Shown here piece by piece: positions 18,259 to 27,510 of a DNA stretch of 32,360 nt. The notes beneath the pieces were generated by a model. The model was not told the origin of the DNA. It saw only the letters and a list, made by a program, of their open reading frames with translations, and did no database searches. The stretch covers positions 1 to 32,360 of the forward strand of contig JBEKGO010000031.1 of NCBI GenBank assembly GCA_050012755.1, given 5' to 3'. A program made the position numbers and the translations under genes. This stretch comes from Candidatus Bathyarchaeia archaeon (GTDB lineage Archaea; Thermoproteota; Bathyarchaeia; Bathyarchaeales; Bathycorpusculaceae). Each line of letters opens with the position of its first letter. The first letter of the stretch is position 1.

Positions 18259-20031
18259 TTAACTTTCAATTAATATTCCTAAATCTTTGAAATTAATTTT
18301 CTCTTCAAAATAGCTGTGTAATAGTTGCGGCAGGTCTTTGATTGCAGTTCGAACTTGGAGCCAACTATCGCGGTCTCGTATAGTTAGAGTGTCCTTTTCT
18401 AATGTTTCATAATCTATGGTTAATCCTAATTGTACGCCGGCCTCGTCAGCTCTTGCATATCTTCTGCCTATTGAGCCTGTTTCGTCAAGCTCAACCATAA
18501 AGCCCTCGCATGCCAACATTTTCTGCACCTCCACTGCTTTGGTGTCCAAGCCGTCTTTACTCATCAACGGGTAAACTCCAACCTGAATTGGCGCGATGCT
18601 TCGCGGAAAACTCATGACAACACGATCATCCTTGATGCCGTAAGCATACTCCAATGCCACATAAAAGAGCCGGTCAGAGCCGAAACTGGGCTCCACAACA
18701 TGAGGAACGAAACGGGTACCTCGAACAATAGTTTTTTGGCGGCTGATATCCACTTGGTCAGATTTAATTTCATATTTGTCAACCATAAATGAACCTTGTT
18801 TTTGCATGGCATTGGCAACTTCCTGCGCAGGAACCTTAGCTAGCAACGCAGCTACTTTTGCGGCATCACCTTTGTACACTGGACCAAGTTTAGCCATGAT
18901 TGGCTTAACAACCAATTCTTCTTTTTCCACTGGAATAGCGTATTCTTTGTACACGGTCATGTCTACGCCGCTGGCTTTCATATGGCAGGATAAATCGTAG
19001 TCGGTGCGGTATGCATGTCCAGAGACTTCTACCCAGCCCCAGCGGTCAACTAAGACTTCTTGATCGAAGCTTTGGCTTGAGTAATGTGCTTTTTCCCATG
19101 TCAGTTTTTCGATGAAGCGCTGCTTCTCTGCTGGCACGCCAAGTTCAACTAAGAGTTTTTTAGCCATCGCCATGAAAAACGCTTGCCATTCTGAACTAAT
19201 TACTTTACGATCAAGCGCTTCTCGGACGGTCAGGTCTATTGTATCCTCACATTCTTTGAGCCTTGTTTCACATAGCAAAATCGGCAAAACCTCGTTTTCT
19301 ACTTCGCAAAGAAAACGGCAGGAAGGCTCTTCGGGATCAAAAAAGAACTCTAAATCTGAAATAGTGAATTCTCGAAGGCGGATTAATCCTTGCCTTGGAG
19401 AAATCTCGTTACGTAAAGCGTGACCAATTGCTATAACTCCAAACGGAAGCCGCTCGCGAGCAGCTGTATAGAGGCGATTGAATTCAACGAAAATGTTTTG
19501 CGCAGCTTCAGGTCTGCCGTAACCAACTGAGCCGGAGTAAGGGCCAATTGTTGTTTCAAACATGGTTAAGTAACGTTGTGGTTCTCCGAATTTGCCGCTG
19601 CAGTCAGGACAAATAACATCGTGACGCTCAATCTCTTCTTTAATTTCTGGTAAACTCATTTTTTCTGCTTCAGCCGAGCTTATGCCTTTTTCTTCAAGCA
19701 AATGGTCTGCTCGGAAACGAGTGTGACAGTTTTGGCATTCAACCATTGGCTCCTTAAAATGGTCAACGTGACCTGACGCCTCGAAGACTTTGCCAGGAGC
19801 TATTATGGATGATTCCATTTCGTAAATACCAATTTTTTTAACAAAAAGATCTCTCAATTTTGCTTCAACATTTTGTTTCAGTCTTGCGCCAAGCGGACCA
19901 TAAGTTACAAAGCCGCCGCTTCCTCCATAAATCTCAAATGACGGCCAGAAAAATCCTCGACGCTTCGCTAATTCGTTAATTGCAGTAAACTTATCGCATG
20001 TTGGTTTGGAACATTTGGCTTCATTACTCAA
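18259..20031 (-). CDS. glyS: Glycine--tRNA ligase (alpha2, archaeal/eukaryotic type)
   Basis: RRGFFWPSFEIYGG, RPEAAQ, RNEISPRQGLIRLREF, EPSFGSDR, GSIGRRYARADEAG. Confidence 0.97.
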   Translation of the reverse strand: MSNEAKCSKPTCDKFTAINELAKRRGFFWPSFEIYGGSGGFVTYGPLGARLKQNVEAKLRDLFVKKIGIYEMESSIIAPGKVFEASGHVDHFKEPMVECQNCHTRFRADHLLEEKGISSAEAEKMSLPEIKEEIERHDVICPDCSGKFGEPQRYLTMFETTIGPYSGSVGYGRPEAAQNIFVEFNRLYTAARERLPFGVIAIGHALRNEISPRQGLIRLREFTISDLEFFFDPEEPSCRFLCEVENEVLPILLCETRLKECEDTIDLTVREALDRKVISSEWQAFFMAMAKKLLVELGVPAEKQRFIEKLTWEKAHYSSQSFDQEVLVDRWGWVEVSGHAYRTDYDLSCHMKASGVDMTVYKEYAIPVEKEELVVKPIMAKLGPVYKGDAAKVAALLAKVPAQEVANAMQKQGSFMVDKYEIKSDQVDISRQKTIVRGTRFVPHVVEPSFGSDRLFYVALEYAYGIKDDRVVMSFPRSIAPIQVGVYPLMSKDGLDTKAVEVQKMLACEGFMVELDETGSIGRRYARADEAGVQLGLTIDYETLEKDTLTIRDRDSWLQVRTAIKDLPQLLHSYFEEKINFKDLGILIES

Positions 20032-20133
20032 TTTTGGTTCCCTTTTTTAGGATAGTACCTTGAGTGGATTAAAAGGTTACTAGCAAAATAACCTTGCCTA
20101 AATTTCCAGTTTGTCGGTTTAGTCAATCTTCGA

Positions 20134-20814
20134 TTATCTCAAGTAGTTAACGTTTATGCTTGGAGCCAGGGCTAAGGCTGGTTTAGCTAGTAGCTCAACG
20201 AACCTAAAGCCCTTCGTTGGGTGGAACATATTCGCGGATGCACAGCTTTTTACTATCCAAGCGGTGTCTAAGCCCATTTCAGTTCCAGCGCACGCGTAGA
20301 CCAGTTCGTCTTCTGGAATGATTCCAGCATCTGTTGCCATTAAAACCGTTTCCATGCACACCAAAGTGCCAGGCGAAATCAACTCAAGCGTTTTAGCGAC
20401 AATATCTAACGAAGTGGTTTTACGCAGATGCAACCGCATGGAAAAGCTTGGGCCAAATAACGGAATAGTTCCGCGGACAACTTCGATATCCAACTCCTTT
20501 AGCTTCTGTTTGTTTTCTTTAGTAATGCTCAGCGGGATACGTTCCAAACGCCGCTTGGCCCAGTCGTCTCTTCTAGCTTTAAGTTCAGGTATTTTTTCAA
20601 ATAAGTCTGCGTTCATCTGGTTTACTTCCCAGAACATTCCCTGTGGGCAAGTGACACAAATGATTTTTCGGTTTTTTATGCGCTCTGCCGCTCTGACAGC
20701 GCTCTCACCAGTTACTGAGGCTACTACCAAGAACTCAAGCGGTTGCTTAGCTTTTTTCAGGATGTTTATTGTTTCATCAGTGTTTACCGGTCCAGGCCTT
20801 TCGAAGACTTTCAT
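20134..20814 (-). CDS. Pyruvate kinase C-terminal (alpha/beta)-like domain protein
   Basis: FERPGPVNTDET, VVASVTGESA, VC.E..LMATDAG.I and G...G.DTA motifs of the stand-alone archaeal PK_C-like family. Confidence 0.75.
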   Translation of the reverse strand: MKVFERPGPVNTDETINILKKAKQPLEFLVVASVTGESAVRAAERIKNRKIICVTCPQGMFWEVNQMNADLFEKIPELKARRDDWAKRRLERIPLSITKENKQKLKELDIEVVRGTIPLFGPSFSMRLHLRKTTSLDIVAKTLELISPGTLVCMETVLMATDAGIIPEDELVYACAGTEMGLDTAWIVKSCASANMFHPTKGFRFVELLAKPALALAPSINVNYLR

Positions 20815-21032
20815 GGTTAACCCTCAACCAAGTAAGTTGTCTGTTATGCATTAAAAACTATTCTAACTCAATTATCTTCTAAGCTCTAATCCCCTTGCAG
20901 TGCCTCAAGAAAATGGCTAGTTACCCAAGGCGTAGACTAAGCGTTTGTTTTGTAAACTTGGGCTTGGATTTGGGTAAAGTATATAATCGCATAAGTGCAT
21001 TTCACCGTTCAATACTGGTGCAAGAAGACAAA

Positions 21033-22112
21033 ATGCAGCCTCCAAGACCAAGACTTAGTTGGAAGACAGCCGTTTTCCCACTTTTAGGTTTACTGGGTTT
21101 CTTCTTGTACATTTACTTATTTCATGTAGACATTTTAGGCATATTATCAACCGCAAAAAATGCTGACCCGACCATCTACGCAGTTGCCATAATATTCGGC
21201 ATGCTGGACGTTTTATTTTTCACACTTTCTTGGCGCGTATTAACCAACCATCTTTCAATCAAAATATCTATTTTCCGAGCTTACCTTTACGTTTGGTACG
21301 GGATCTACGTTGATACCATTGTTCCCGCACAATCCATTAGCGGAGAAGTAACTCGGACGTATCTTTGTACAAGGGACAAATGCGGACCATTCGGAAAAGT
21401 AGTTGCATCACTTTATACTCATAGGCTAATGGGTATGGCTCTAAACGTTGTGGCTTTAATTGCAGGGATAATCTCGCTTAACTTCGGCGGAAACGTGAAC
21501 AAATTAGTCTTCAATGCAATCATAATCGTCGCCGCCGCAATAATAGCAATAATTAGCTTCATGATTATTTTAGGTTTCAAGCCGAAATGGACTTTAAAAG
21601 TCATCAATGTTGCTGCCAATTTAGCCCATAAAATATCTATGGGTAAAATAAAAGTTGAAAAATTAAAAGAAGAAGCAATTGAAATTACGGAGCACTTTCA
21701 TGATGGAATGGTAGAGTTCAGGAATAGCCCAAAAGCCATTTCTGGCTCACTATTCTACTTGCTTATTTCATGGTTTTTCAGCTTAAGCGTCCCATACCTT
21801 GTTTTTATTTCTCTTGGACATCCGGTTTCAATAAGCATAATAATCATTACTTCAGCGATATTCCTAGCTGTCAAAGCAATACCTATAGGCATACCTTTTG
21901 AAGTTGGGCTTCCAGAAGCAGTAATGACCACACTTTATATTTCAATGGGCATATATGGACCCTTGGCTGCCACAGCCACTATACTTACAAGAATCATCAC
22001 TTTATGGTTCCGCTTCTTCATAGGATTGGGAGCTCAGCAATATCTTGAACTGAGGCCAGCAGTTTCCTCTGCACCAAACATAGAAAAAACTAAAATTAAT
22101 CCTGCACTCTAA
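21033..22112 (+). CDS. UPF0104 / lysylphosphatidylglycerol synthase TM-region (flippase-like) protein
   Basis: P...SGEV.R, P.EVG.PE and R.ITLW motifs. Many TM helices. ATG at 21033 is preferred to the tracked TTG at 20895. Confidence 0.85.
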   Translation: MQPPRPRLSWKTAVFPLLGLLGFFLYIYLFHVDILGILSTAKNADPTIYAVAIIFGMLDVLFFTLSWRVLTNHLSIKISIFRAYLYVWYGIYVDTIVPAQSISGEVTRTYLCTRDKCGPFGKVVASLYTHRLMGMALNVVALIAGIISLNFGGNVNKLVFNAIIIVAAAIIAIISFMIILGFKPKWTLKVINVAANLAHKISMGKIKVEKLKEEAIEITEHFHDGMVEFRNSPKAISGSLFYLLISWFFSLSVPYLVFISLGHPVSISIIIITSAIFLAVKAIPIGIPFEVGLPEAVMTTLYISMGIYGPLAATATILTRIITLWFRFFIGLGAQQYLELRPAVSSAPNIEKTKINPAL

Positions 22113-22130
22113 TTGCTATCAAGGCAAAAA

Positions 22131-22580
22131 ATGGAACTAAAAATTGAAACAGCATCCATAAAACTGCTTGATAAATTGTACGAAATTGAAGAGCAATGCT
22201 TTGACCAAGAAGCATTCACGAAACGGCAAATAGCCTTCCTTTTAACTGACTACAATACTATCGCGTTAGTTGCAAAAGCAAACAATGACATCGCTGGTTT
22301 CATAATTACGCAGGTTGAAATAGAAAATAATACGTTGTTTGGACACATTATCACAATAAATGTTGCATCAGCATGTCGGCGGAAAGGCATAGCAAGTAAA
22401 ATGCTTCAAGAAATGGAAATTATTCTTAAACAAAAAGGCTTACGCGAATGTCACTTAGAAGTTCGTGAAGACAATTCAGCTGCACTAAAGCTATATCAAA
22501 ATAGTGGATACCAAAAAATAAGCAGGCTAGAAAAGTACTATGGCAAAGCACACGGTTTGTACCTTAAAAAAATTCTCTAG
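22131..22580 (+). CDS. rimI: N-terminal protein acetyltransferase (RimI/Ard1 family)
   Basis: GHIITINV....RRKGIA, LEVREDN..A..LY...GY, YY. ATG at 22131 preferred. Confidence 0.88.
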   Translation: MELKIETASIKLLDKLYEIEEQCFDQEAFTKRQIAFLLTDYNTIALVAKANNDIAGFIITQVEIENNTLFGHIITINVASACRRKGIASKMLQEMEIILKQKGLRECHLEVREDNSAALKLYQNSGYQKISRLEKYYGKAHGLYLKKIL

Positions 22581-22671
22581 CTGCCAACCAAGCCCAAATT
22601 AAAGCCCTTATTTTGTTGAGGAACAAACATTTAAAAACCATGCCGCTGGTACCTTTGTTGGTGGGGGAGAA

Positions 22672-22941
22672 ATGGGAGATTCACGAGGAAGAAAATCTAA
22701 CGAGCAGACGCTTGTTCGAACCATCGTTGTTTTGATCCGTAACACCACTTGGCGCTGCGGTAAGCTGGAAAAATCCATTGTTCGACACCTCTACAAAAGG
22801 CATGAAAACTTTGGAAAAGCCGAGGTTTCAGTCAAAGACATAATGCAGAACTTAAACATTACTGGCGAGAAAAAAGATGAGTGTTTAGACGCGCTGCGAA
22901 GACTTGAAAAAAGAAATATAGTCAAAATAACCCCTCTTTAA
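22672..22941 (+). CDS. Small basic hypothetical protein, winged-helix-like C-terminus
   Basis: 89 aa. Upstream TTTAAA and GGTGGGG. CLDALRRLEKRNIVKI resembles a wHTH recognition helix. Confidence 0.7.
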   Translation: MGDSRGRKSNEQTLVRTIVVLIRNTTWRCGKLEKSIVRHLYKRHENFGKAEVSVKDIMQNLNITGEKKDECLDALRRLEKRNIVKITPL

Positions 22942-23006
22942 TTCTTTTTATTCTTTGCCCCCAATCGATTTAGAACCGGCATTCTGGACAAATGAAAATC
23001 GATTTT

Positions 23007-24389
23007 TTAGAAACTCAAAAGTTTGTCTTCACTTGGCGGCCGCTTAATCAAACCATGCTTCATTAACAATTCAGTTGACTGCCGCGCATTCTCAATGATT
23101 GCAGATGCACGTTCATACAATTCGTCTCGACTGCGCTTCACTCGCGCAACTCCCTGCTCAATCGATTTCAATGCACATGCAACTGCTTCTCTGGGAAAGA
23201 CCTCCCATTCATCCATCCGCGGCAAAATGTCTCTCTCGGTGATCCCTCGTTCTTCAGCGTAGTCAGCAAGTTCCTGTGCAGCTGCTATGCACATGTCATC
23301 CGTAACAGTTTTTGCTTTAACATCAAGAACGCCCCGGAAAATACCTGGAAAGCCTAAACTGTTGTTTACCTGATTAGGGAAATCACTTCTGCCCGTTGCC
23401 ACGATTCGTGCTCCTGCTTCTTCTGCATCCCAAGGCCAAATTTCAGGAATTGGATTAGCGCAAGCAAATATTATTGAGTTTTGCGCCATTGTTTTTATCC
23501 ATTCTTTTTTTATGGTGTTTGGGCCAGGTTTTGAAGCGGCAACCACTGCATCTACGCCTTTAAATGCCTCGGAGACGTCACCGGTTCTGCCTTCAGCATT
23601 AGTTTTCTGGGTGACATCATATTTCCAAGGGTCTTCTTCTTTGGTTATGTCTTTTCTGTCTTTGTGAACCACTCCTTTGCTGTCGGCAAGTATTATGTTG
23701 CCTGGTTTAACTCCCCATTTCATAAGCACGTAAGCAGTTCGAATATTAGCTGCTCCTGAACCAACCAAAGTTATGAGACTTTCGCGTGGTTTTTTTCCCA
23801 CAATTTTAAAAGCGTTAATTAATCCAGCTAAGATTACAGTGGCAGTTCCTTGCTGGTCATCGTGCCAAACAGGAATATTTAGTTGTTCCCGAGCGCTCTC
23901 AAGAACATGGAAACACTTTGGCTTCTCAATATCCTCAAGGTTAATACCTCCGAAAGACGGCTCAAGCGCCTTACAAATCTTAACAATCTCATCTTGATCC
24001 TTAGTTTTTAAACAAATAGGAAATGCATCAACACCCCCTAAATATTTGAAAATCAGTGCTTTACCCTCCATAACAGGCAGAGCCGCTTCGGGACCAATAT
24101 CTCCTAAACCTAAAACACGGGTACCATCAGAAACAACCGCCACGTAATTCCAGCGGTTAGTAAGCTCGAACGATTTGTCTGGGTCCGCTTGAATCATTCT
24201 GCACGGCGCGGCAACGCCTGGAGTATACCAAATTGCAAAATCGTCCACGCTTCGGATGGCACATTTTGGAATTACCTGCATTTTTCCTTCATAAAACTTA
24301 TGCATTGCAGGCGATAACTGCGCCGGCTTCTTAGCCTTCGCTAGTAACTCATCTACAGTTGGTTTGGCTCCAGATTTATCCGCAACCAT
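23007..24389 (-). CDS. NAD(P)-dependent malic enzyme
   Basis: YTPGVA, DGTRVLGLGDIGP, PVMEGKA, INLEDI, HDDQQGTA, GSGAA, ANPIPEI, TGRSDFPNQVNN. Confidence 0.95.
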   Translation of the reverse strand: MVADKSGAKPTVDELLAKAKKPAQLSPAMHKFYEGKMQVIPKCAIRSVDDFAIWYTPGVAAPCRMIQADPDKSFELTNRWNYVAVVSDGTRVLGLGDIGPEAALPVMEGKALIFKYLGGVDAFPICLKTKDQDEIVKICKALEPSFGGINLEDIEKPKCFHVLESAREQLNIPVWHDDQQGTATVILAGLINAFKIVGKKPRESLITLVGSGAANIRTAYVLMKWGVKPGNIILADSKGVVHKDRKDITKEEDPWKYDVTQKTNAEGRTGDVSEAFKGVDAVVAASKPGPNTIKKEWIKTMAQNSIIFACANPIPEIWPWDAEEAGARIVATGRSDFPNQVNNSLGFPGIFRGVLDVKAKTVTDDMCIAAAQELADYAEERGITERDILPRMDEWEVFPREAVACALKSIEQGVARVKRSRDELYERASAIIENARQSTELLMKHGLIKRPPSEDKLLSF

Positions 24390-24477
24390 TTCAGCCGATC
24401 TCCTGTTTCAGCCAAAACAGACTCCGCTGAAGATTTTAAAGTTTCCATTACACTTAACTCTGTAGGAGAAAGCGGTG

Positions 24478-24719
24478 GTTATTGACGGGTTCGTGCAACT
24501 TTTCTTCTTTGTGTTTTGGCTTGCTTCTTTGATTTAGAGCTTAATTTCTCAGCAGGTTGCGTCATAAATCGTCACGACGCGTCATATAACGTCACTAAAC
24601 GTCACTACGTGTCATAAAACGTCACACAGCGTCACTATCCGTCAAAAGCTATTAGTCACGTCCTAATTCAAAAGGTTACCTTTCAAATGGTCATGAAAAA
24701 TGCATTAGGTACAAGTTAA
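24478..24719 (+). repeat. Dispersed intergenic element with 10-bp-phased GTCA array, copy 1
   Basis: GTCA starts at 24561, 24571 ... 24641 (9 units, exact 10-bp period). Flanking blocks are shared with 28369-28570. Confidence 0.9.
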
Positions 24720-24795
24720 GAAATGCTCACTACGAAAAAGAATTAAAAATATAAAAAAGCAAAAAAAGGAGTTCTAAACTTTTCAGATTGGAAGC

Positions 24796-25356
24796 TTAGT
24801 ATCTTGGTCTATAGCCGCCGCCGCTGCCGCCACCGCGTCGATCTCGACCGCCGCCGTAACCGCCGCCACCACCACCATAACCGCCGCCACCGCGTCTGTC
24901 TCGACCACCATAGCCGCCACCGCCGAATCCTCTGCCGCCGCCTCTAAATGGTCTTCGTTCTTGTTCGTATGTTTTGCTTGATACGTTGTTTTCTGTGTTA
25001 ACTTCTACTGCAAGTGGTTCTTTTGCGGGTTCAAGTTTGCCGTATTTGCCAATGTTTAGGCGTATGTTTCCTTTGAACAGTGTCACGTAACCGTTTTCTA
25101 CGCGGATGGTGTCGCCTTCGTTGACTTTTTCAATGTTGTCATCCCAAAGTGTCAGGTAAACTACACCTGTTTCGTCTCCGACGAGCGCATCACTTACTTT
25201 GTGTGCGGATCCGTCTCGACCCATTGGGATTTCACGAACTTCTGTTTTGGATACTACTTTGGCCGTAACATTAACCGCTTTAGATTGTGGGGTTAAGTCG
25301 CCGACTTTTGCTTCTACTGGTGTCTTTTTGTTTTCGAAAAAACCTTCAACAGCCAA
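24796..25356 (-). CDS. ssb: Single-stranded DNA-binding protein (single OB fold, crenarchaeal type) with Gly/Arg/Tyr-rich tail
   Basis: KVGDL.P....VNVTAKV, VGDETGVVYLTLWDD, ENGYVTLFKG..RLNIGKYG. TTG start. Confidence 0.9.
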   Translation of the reverse strand: MAVEGFFENKKTPVEAKVGDLTPQSKAVNVTAKVVSKTEVREIPMGRDGSAHKVSDALVGDETGVVYLTLWDDNIEKVNEGDTIRVENGYVTLFKGNIRLNIGKYGKLEPAKEPLAVEVNTENNVSSKTYEQERRPFRGGGRGFGGGGYGGRDRRGGGGYGGGGGGYGGGRDRRGGGSGGGYRPRY

Positions 25357-25523
25357 TTGATTCTACATCCTAGTTTTTGGTTTCCAAATCAAATCTACAG
25401 GTTCTTTGCACTTAAGTGTTTCGCTTTGCCAATTTCAGGCAATTTTCCATTTTCACAATTTAGAGAAGGAGCTAAAACATTTTTTGGAGAAAATCTCGAA
25501 AAAAATAATAGCCTAATTTATCG

Positions 25524-26276
25524 TTAAAGCGGTGTTTTTAGAGACAAATTTCGTTTGCTTATCTTTTTTGCGATCAAAGCTGTTGCGACTACTGCTATAG
25601 CGGCTGAAAGAGCTATTGTGATTGTGCTTGGAAATTCTGGGACGCTTGGAGTAGTAGTTGTTGAAGATGATGGAGTGCTCAATGAAGTTGGAGTACTTGA
25701 AGACCCTGATGCAACTGCGGTCACTGAGCTTGCTGTATCTTGATGAGCGATGTTATTGGCGTTTTGACCTAGTACGGCTTGATCTGCAAGGTCCGTAGCT
25801 AAAGTCAATCCTGCTGACCCTGTGCCAATTGTGTTAAATGTTAAAGTTGCTATTGTTCCGCTTCCTGTGAAGCTGGGGGTGTTGTGGCCAAAAGATTGAG
25901 CTACCAACTCGTAACTTCCTGACACCTTTGTTTCGTTAACGTAAAGGTCTCCAGGATTGATATTATTGTAATCACGATTTATTGTTCCGTGAAGAACGCC
26001 ATTGGTCTGTGAATCTCCTATATTTAGAGCTACTTTTGAGAGGCTAAGAACTGAGGGGTTCCATAGAAGAGTAGCGTCTATGCCGAAGAGGTTTTGAACA
26101 TTTGAGATTGCAATGGTGACTGTTAGACTGCTGCCTACAGCGGGTTGTGTGGTGGATGCAGCTGCGTTAACTGTTGTCGTTTGTGCCGAAACAGAATAGA
26201 TAAGGCAAAATGAAATCAAAGTACAAACTAAAATAGCTAAAGTCTTGTTGGATTTTAACTTAATCGGGTCTGCCAT
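25524..26276 (-). CDS. Cohesin-domain surface protein with Ser/Thr linker and PEF-CTERM-like anchor
   Basis: Signal peptide. VG...TV.I.ISNVQNLFG....L.WNPSVL and GSGTIATLTF...GTG...L.L cohesin pattern. VPEFP + TM + basic tail. Start could be ATG 26276 or GTG 26285. Confidence 0.78.
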   Translation of the reverse strand: MADPIKLKSNKTLAILVCTLISFCLIYSVSAQTTTVNAAASTTQPAVGSSLTVTIAISNVQNLFGIDATLLWNPSVLSLSKVALNIGDSQTNGVLHGTINRDYNNINPGDLYVNETKVSGSYELVAQSFGHNTPSFTGSGTIATLTFNTIGTGSAGLTLATDLADQAVLGQNANNIAHQDTASSVTAVASGSSSTPTSLSTPSSSTTTTPSVPEFPSTITIALSAAIAVVATALIAKKISKRNLSLKTPL

Positions 26277-26277
26277 T

Positions 26278-27210
26278 TTATTCACTTTTCCCCCGGTCGG
26301 TAAGATTCACTATTTTGTCTCTCCCCTTCTTATATCTTGTTATGTTACCCTTTTTCTCTAAGACAGTCAACAGTTGACTCGTTTTAGCCTTAGAAAACCT
26401 GCATTGCTCAACAATGGCCGATTGACGCATGCTGCCGCCTGACGACTTTAGAAGTTTTAGAATTTTGCCTTCTTCAGTTTCCAGCTCTGCTCCTTCTGCA
26501 GGAGTAGTAACCACTGCCGTTGTAAGTAGAGCTTTACGCCGTTTGAACATGTAATAACCTGAAAAACTTAATGCAGCTCCGACTGCTACAATTGCGAGAA
26601 TAATAATGTACAGCTGGTTGAAGTTATTATTCAAAGACGCGCTTGATAAAATGACCTCGGTTTTACCGTTAACTAAATCTTGCGTTCTAGCCCAGTCTAA
26701 CGTTTTATCTGAATCGTCACGTTGATAAGGTGTGGGAACAACCGATTTGACACTGAAAGTTGAAGGATAACTTACTTGTAATGCATCATCGCCATAAAGT
26801 TGGGTGAAAAAACCGTTAACTTGGAATACATCTCCGAAAAGTATTTCCTTTCCCTGAAGCACACTGAAGTTTTGCCATAAAAAAGTGTACTCCGTGGTTT
26901 TAGATTGAGACGATACTGTCGTGTTTATCTGTAGCGAATTTTCGTCAACGCTCATGGGACGTTGAGTTATGCTTGAGGCAGAATCAACAAGGTTTGAAAC
27001 TTTATTTTGAAAATCACTAAATGTGTCAACAGTTGCGTTAATGTCGGAGAAACTAGTTATTTTCCATAATGCCGAGCCATCGCTGTATATTTGTACTGAG
27101 TATGCAGCATAGTTTTGACCATTTGCCGAGAAGAATGGGAGAAGCAGGAGCAGCATTATGCTGATAACGTAGCAAACAGCTAGGCGGCGAGCTTTCATTT
27201 TGATTCTCAT
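26278..27210 (-). CDS. Membrane-anchored transcription factor: extracellular domain + TM + cytoplasmic wHTH (COG2512-like)
   Basis: Signal peptide. YSVQIYSDGSALW extracellular domain. TM ending KRRK. wHTH EEGKILKLLKSSGGSMRQSAIVEQCRFSKAKTSQLLTVLEKKGNITRYKKGRDKIV. Confidence 0.85.
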   Translation of the reverse strand: MRIKMKARRLAVCYVISIMLLLLLPFFSANGQNYAAYSVQIYSDGSALWKITSFSDINATVDTFSDFQNKVSNLVDSASSITQRPMSVDENSLQINTTVSSQSKTTEYTFLWQNFSVLQGKEILFGDVFQVNGFFTQLYGDDALQVSYPSTFSVKSVVPTPYQRDDSDKTLDWARTQDLVNGKTEVILSSASLNNNFNQLYIIILAIVAVGAALSFSGYYMFKRRKALLTTAVVTTPAEGAELETEEGKILKLLKSSGGSMRQSAIVEQCRFSKAKTSQLLTVLEKKGNITRYKKGRDKIVNLTDRGKSE

Positions 27211-27382
27211 TTAAAACGTAGTTACTGCGTATTTAAGAATTATAAATTTATTGTACTTATCATGCATTCACGTGCGCGAATTTTTCTTGTTGTCTGTGTT
27301 TAATTTTGTTGGGCAAAATAAAAGTAAACATGCAAAGCCCTGATTTAACTCTAAACTAAACATTTTATGTAGTAAAACAGTA

Positions 27383-27419
27383 AATGAACTTGAATGAACA
27401 CTAATGAACAAAAATGAAC
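27383..27419 (+). promoter_or_regulatory. Four AATGAAC direct repeats at exact 10-bp spacing (putative operator)
   Basis: AATGAAC at 27383, 27393, 27403 and 27413, in the divergent promoter region and ~40 bp upstream of a TTTTAT box near 27459. Confidence 0.8.
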
Positions 27420-27510
27420 TGTTGGAGAGCATATTTAGCAAAAAGAAGCCCAGAAATGCTTTTATCTGTAAACTAACAAGGATTTTTCGAGAACAAAAGA
27501 GGAAAAGAAA

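Noticed and set aside
20895-21032. N-terminal extension of the flippase ORF from TTG 20895
   Set aside because: It overlaps the divergent promoter region (TATATAA near 20980) and is not protein-like. ATG 21033 fits better.
24561-24644. GTCA array as a CRISPR or mini-CRISPR array
   Set aside because: Repeat (4-5 bp) and filler (5-6 bp) are far below CRISPR dimensions, and there are no cas genes in the window.
24800-24945. CCG/CCA trinucleotide-rich tract as a DNA repeat element
   Set aside because: Fully explained by glycine codons of the SSB tail.
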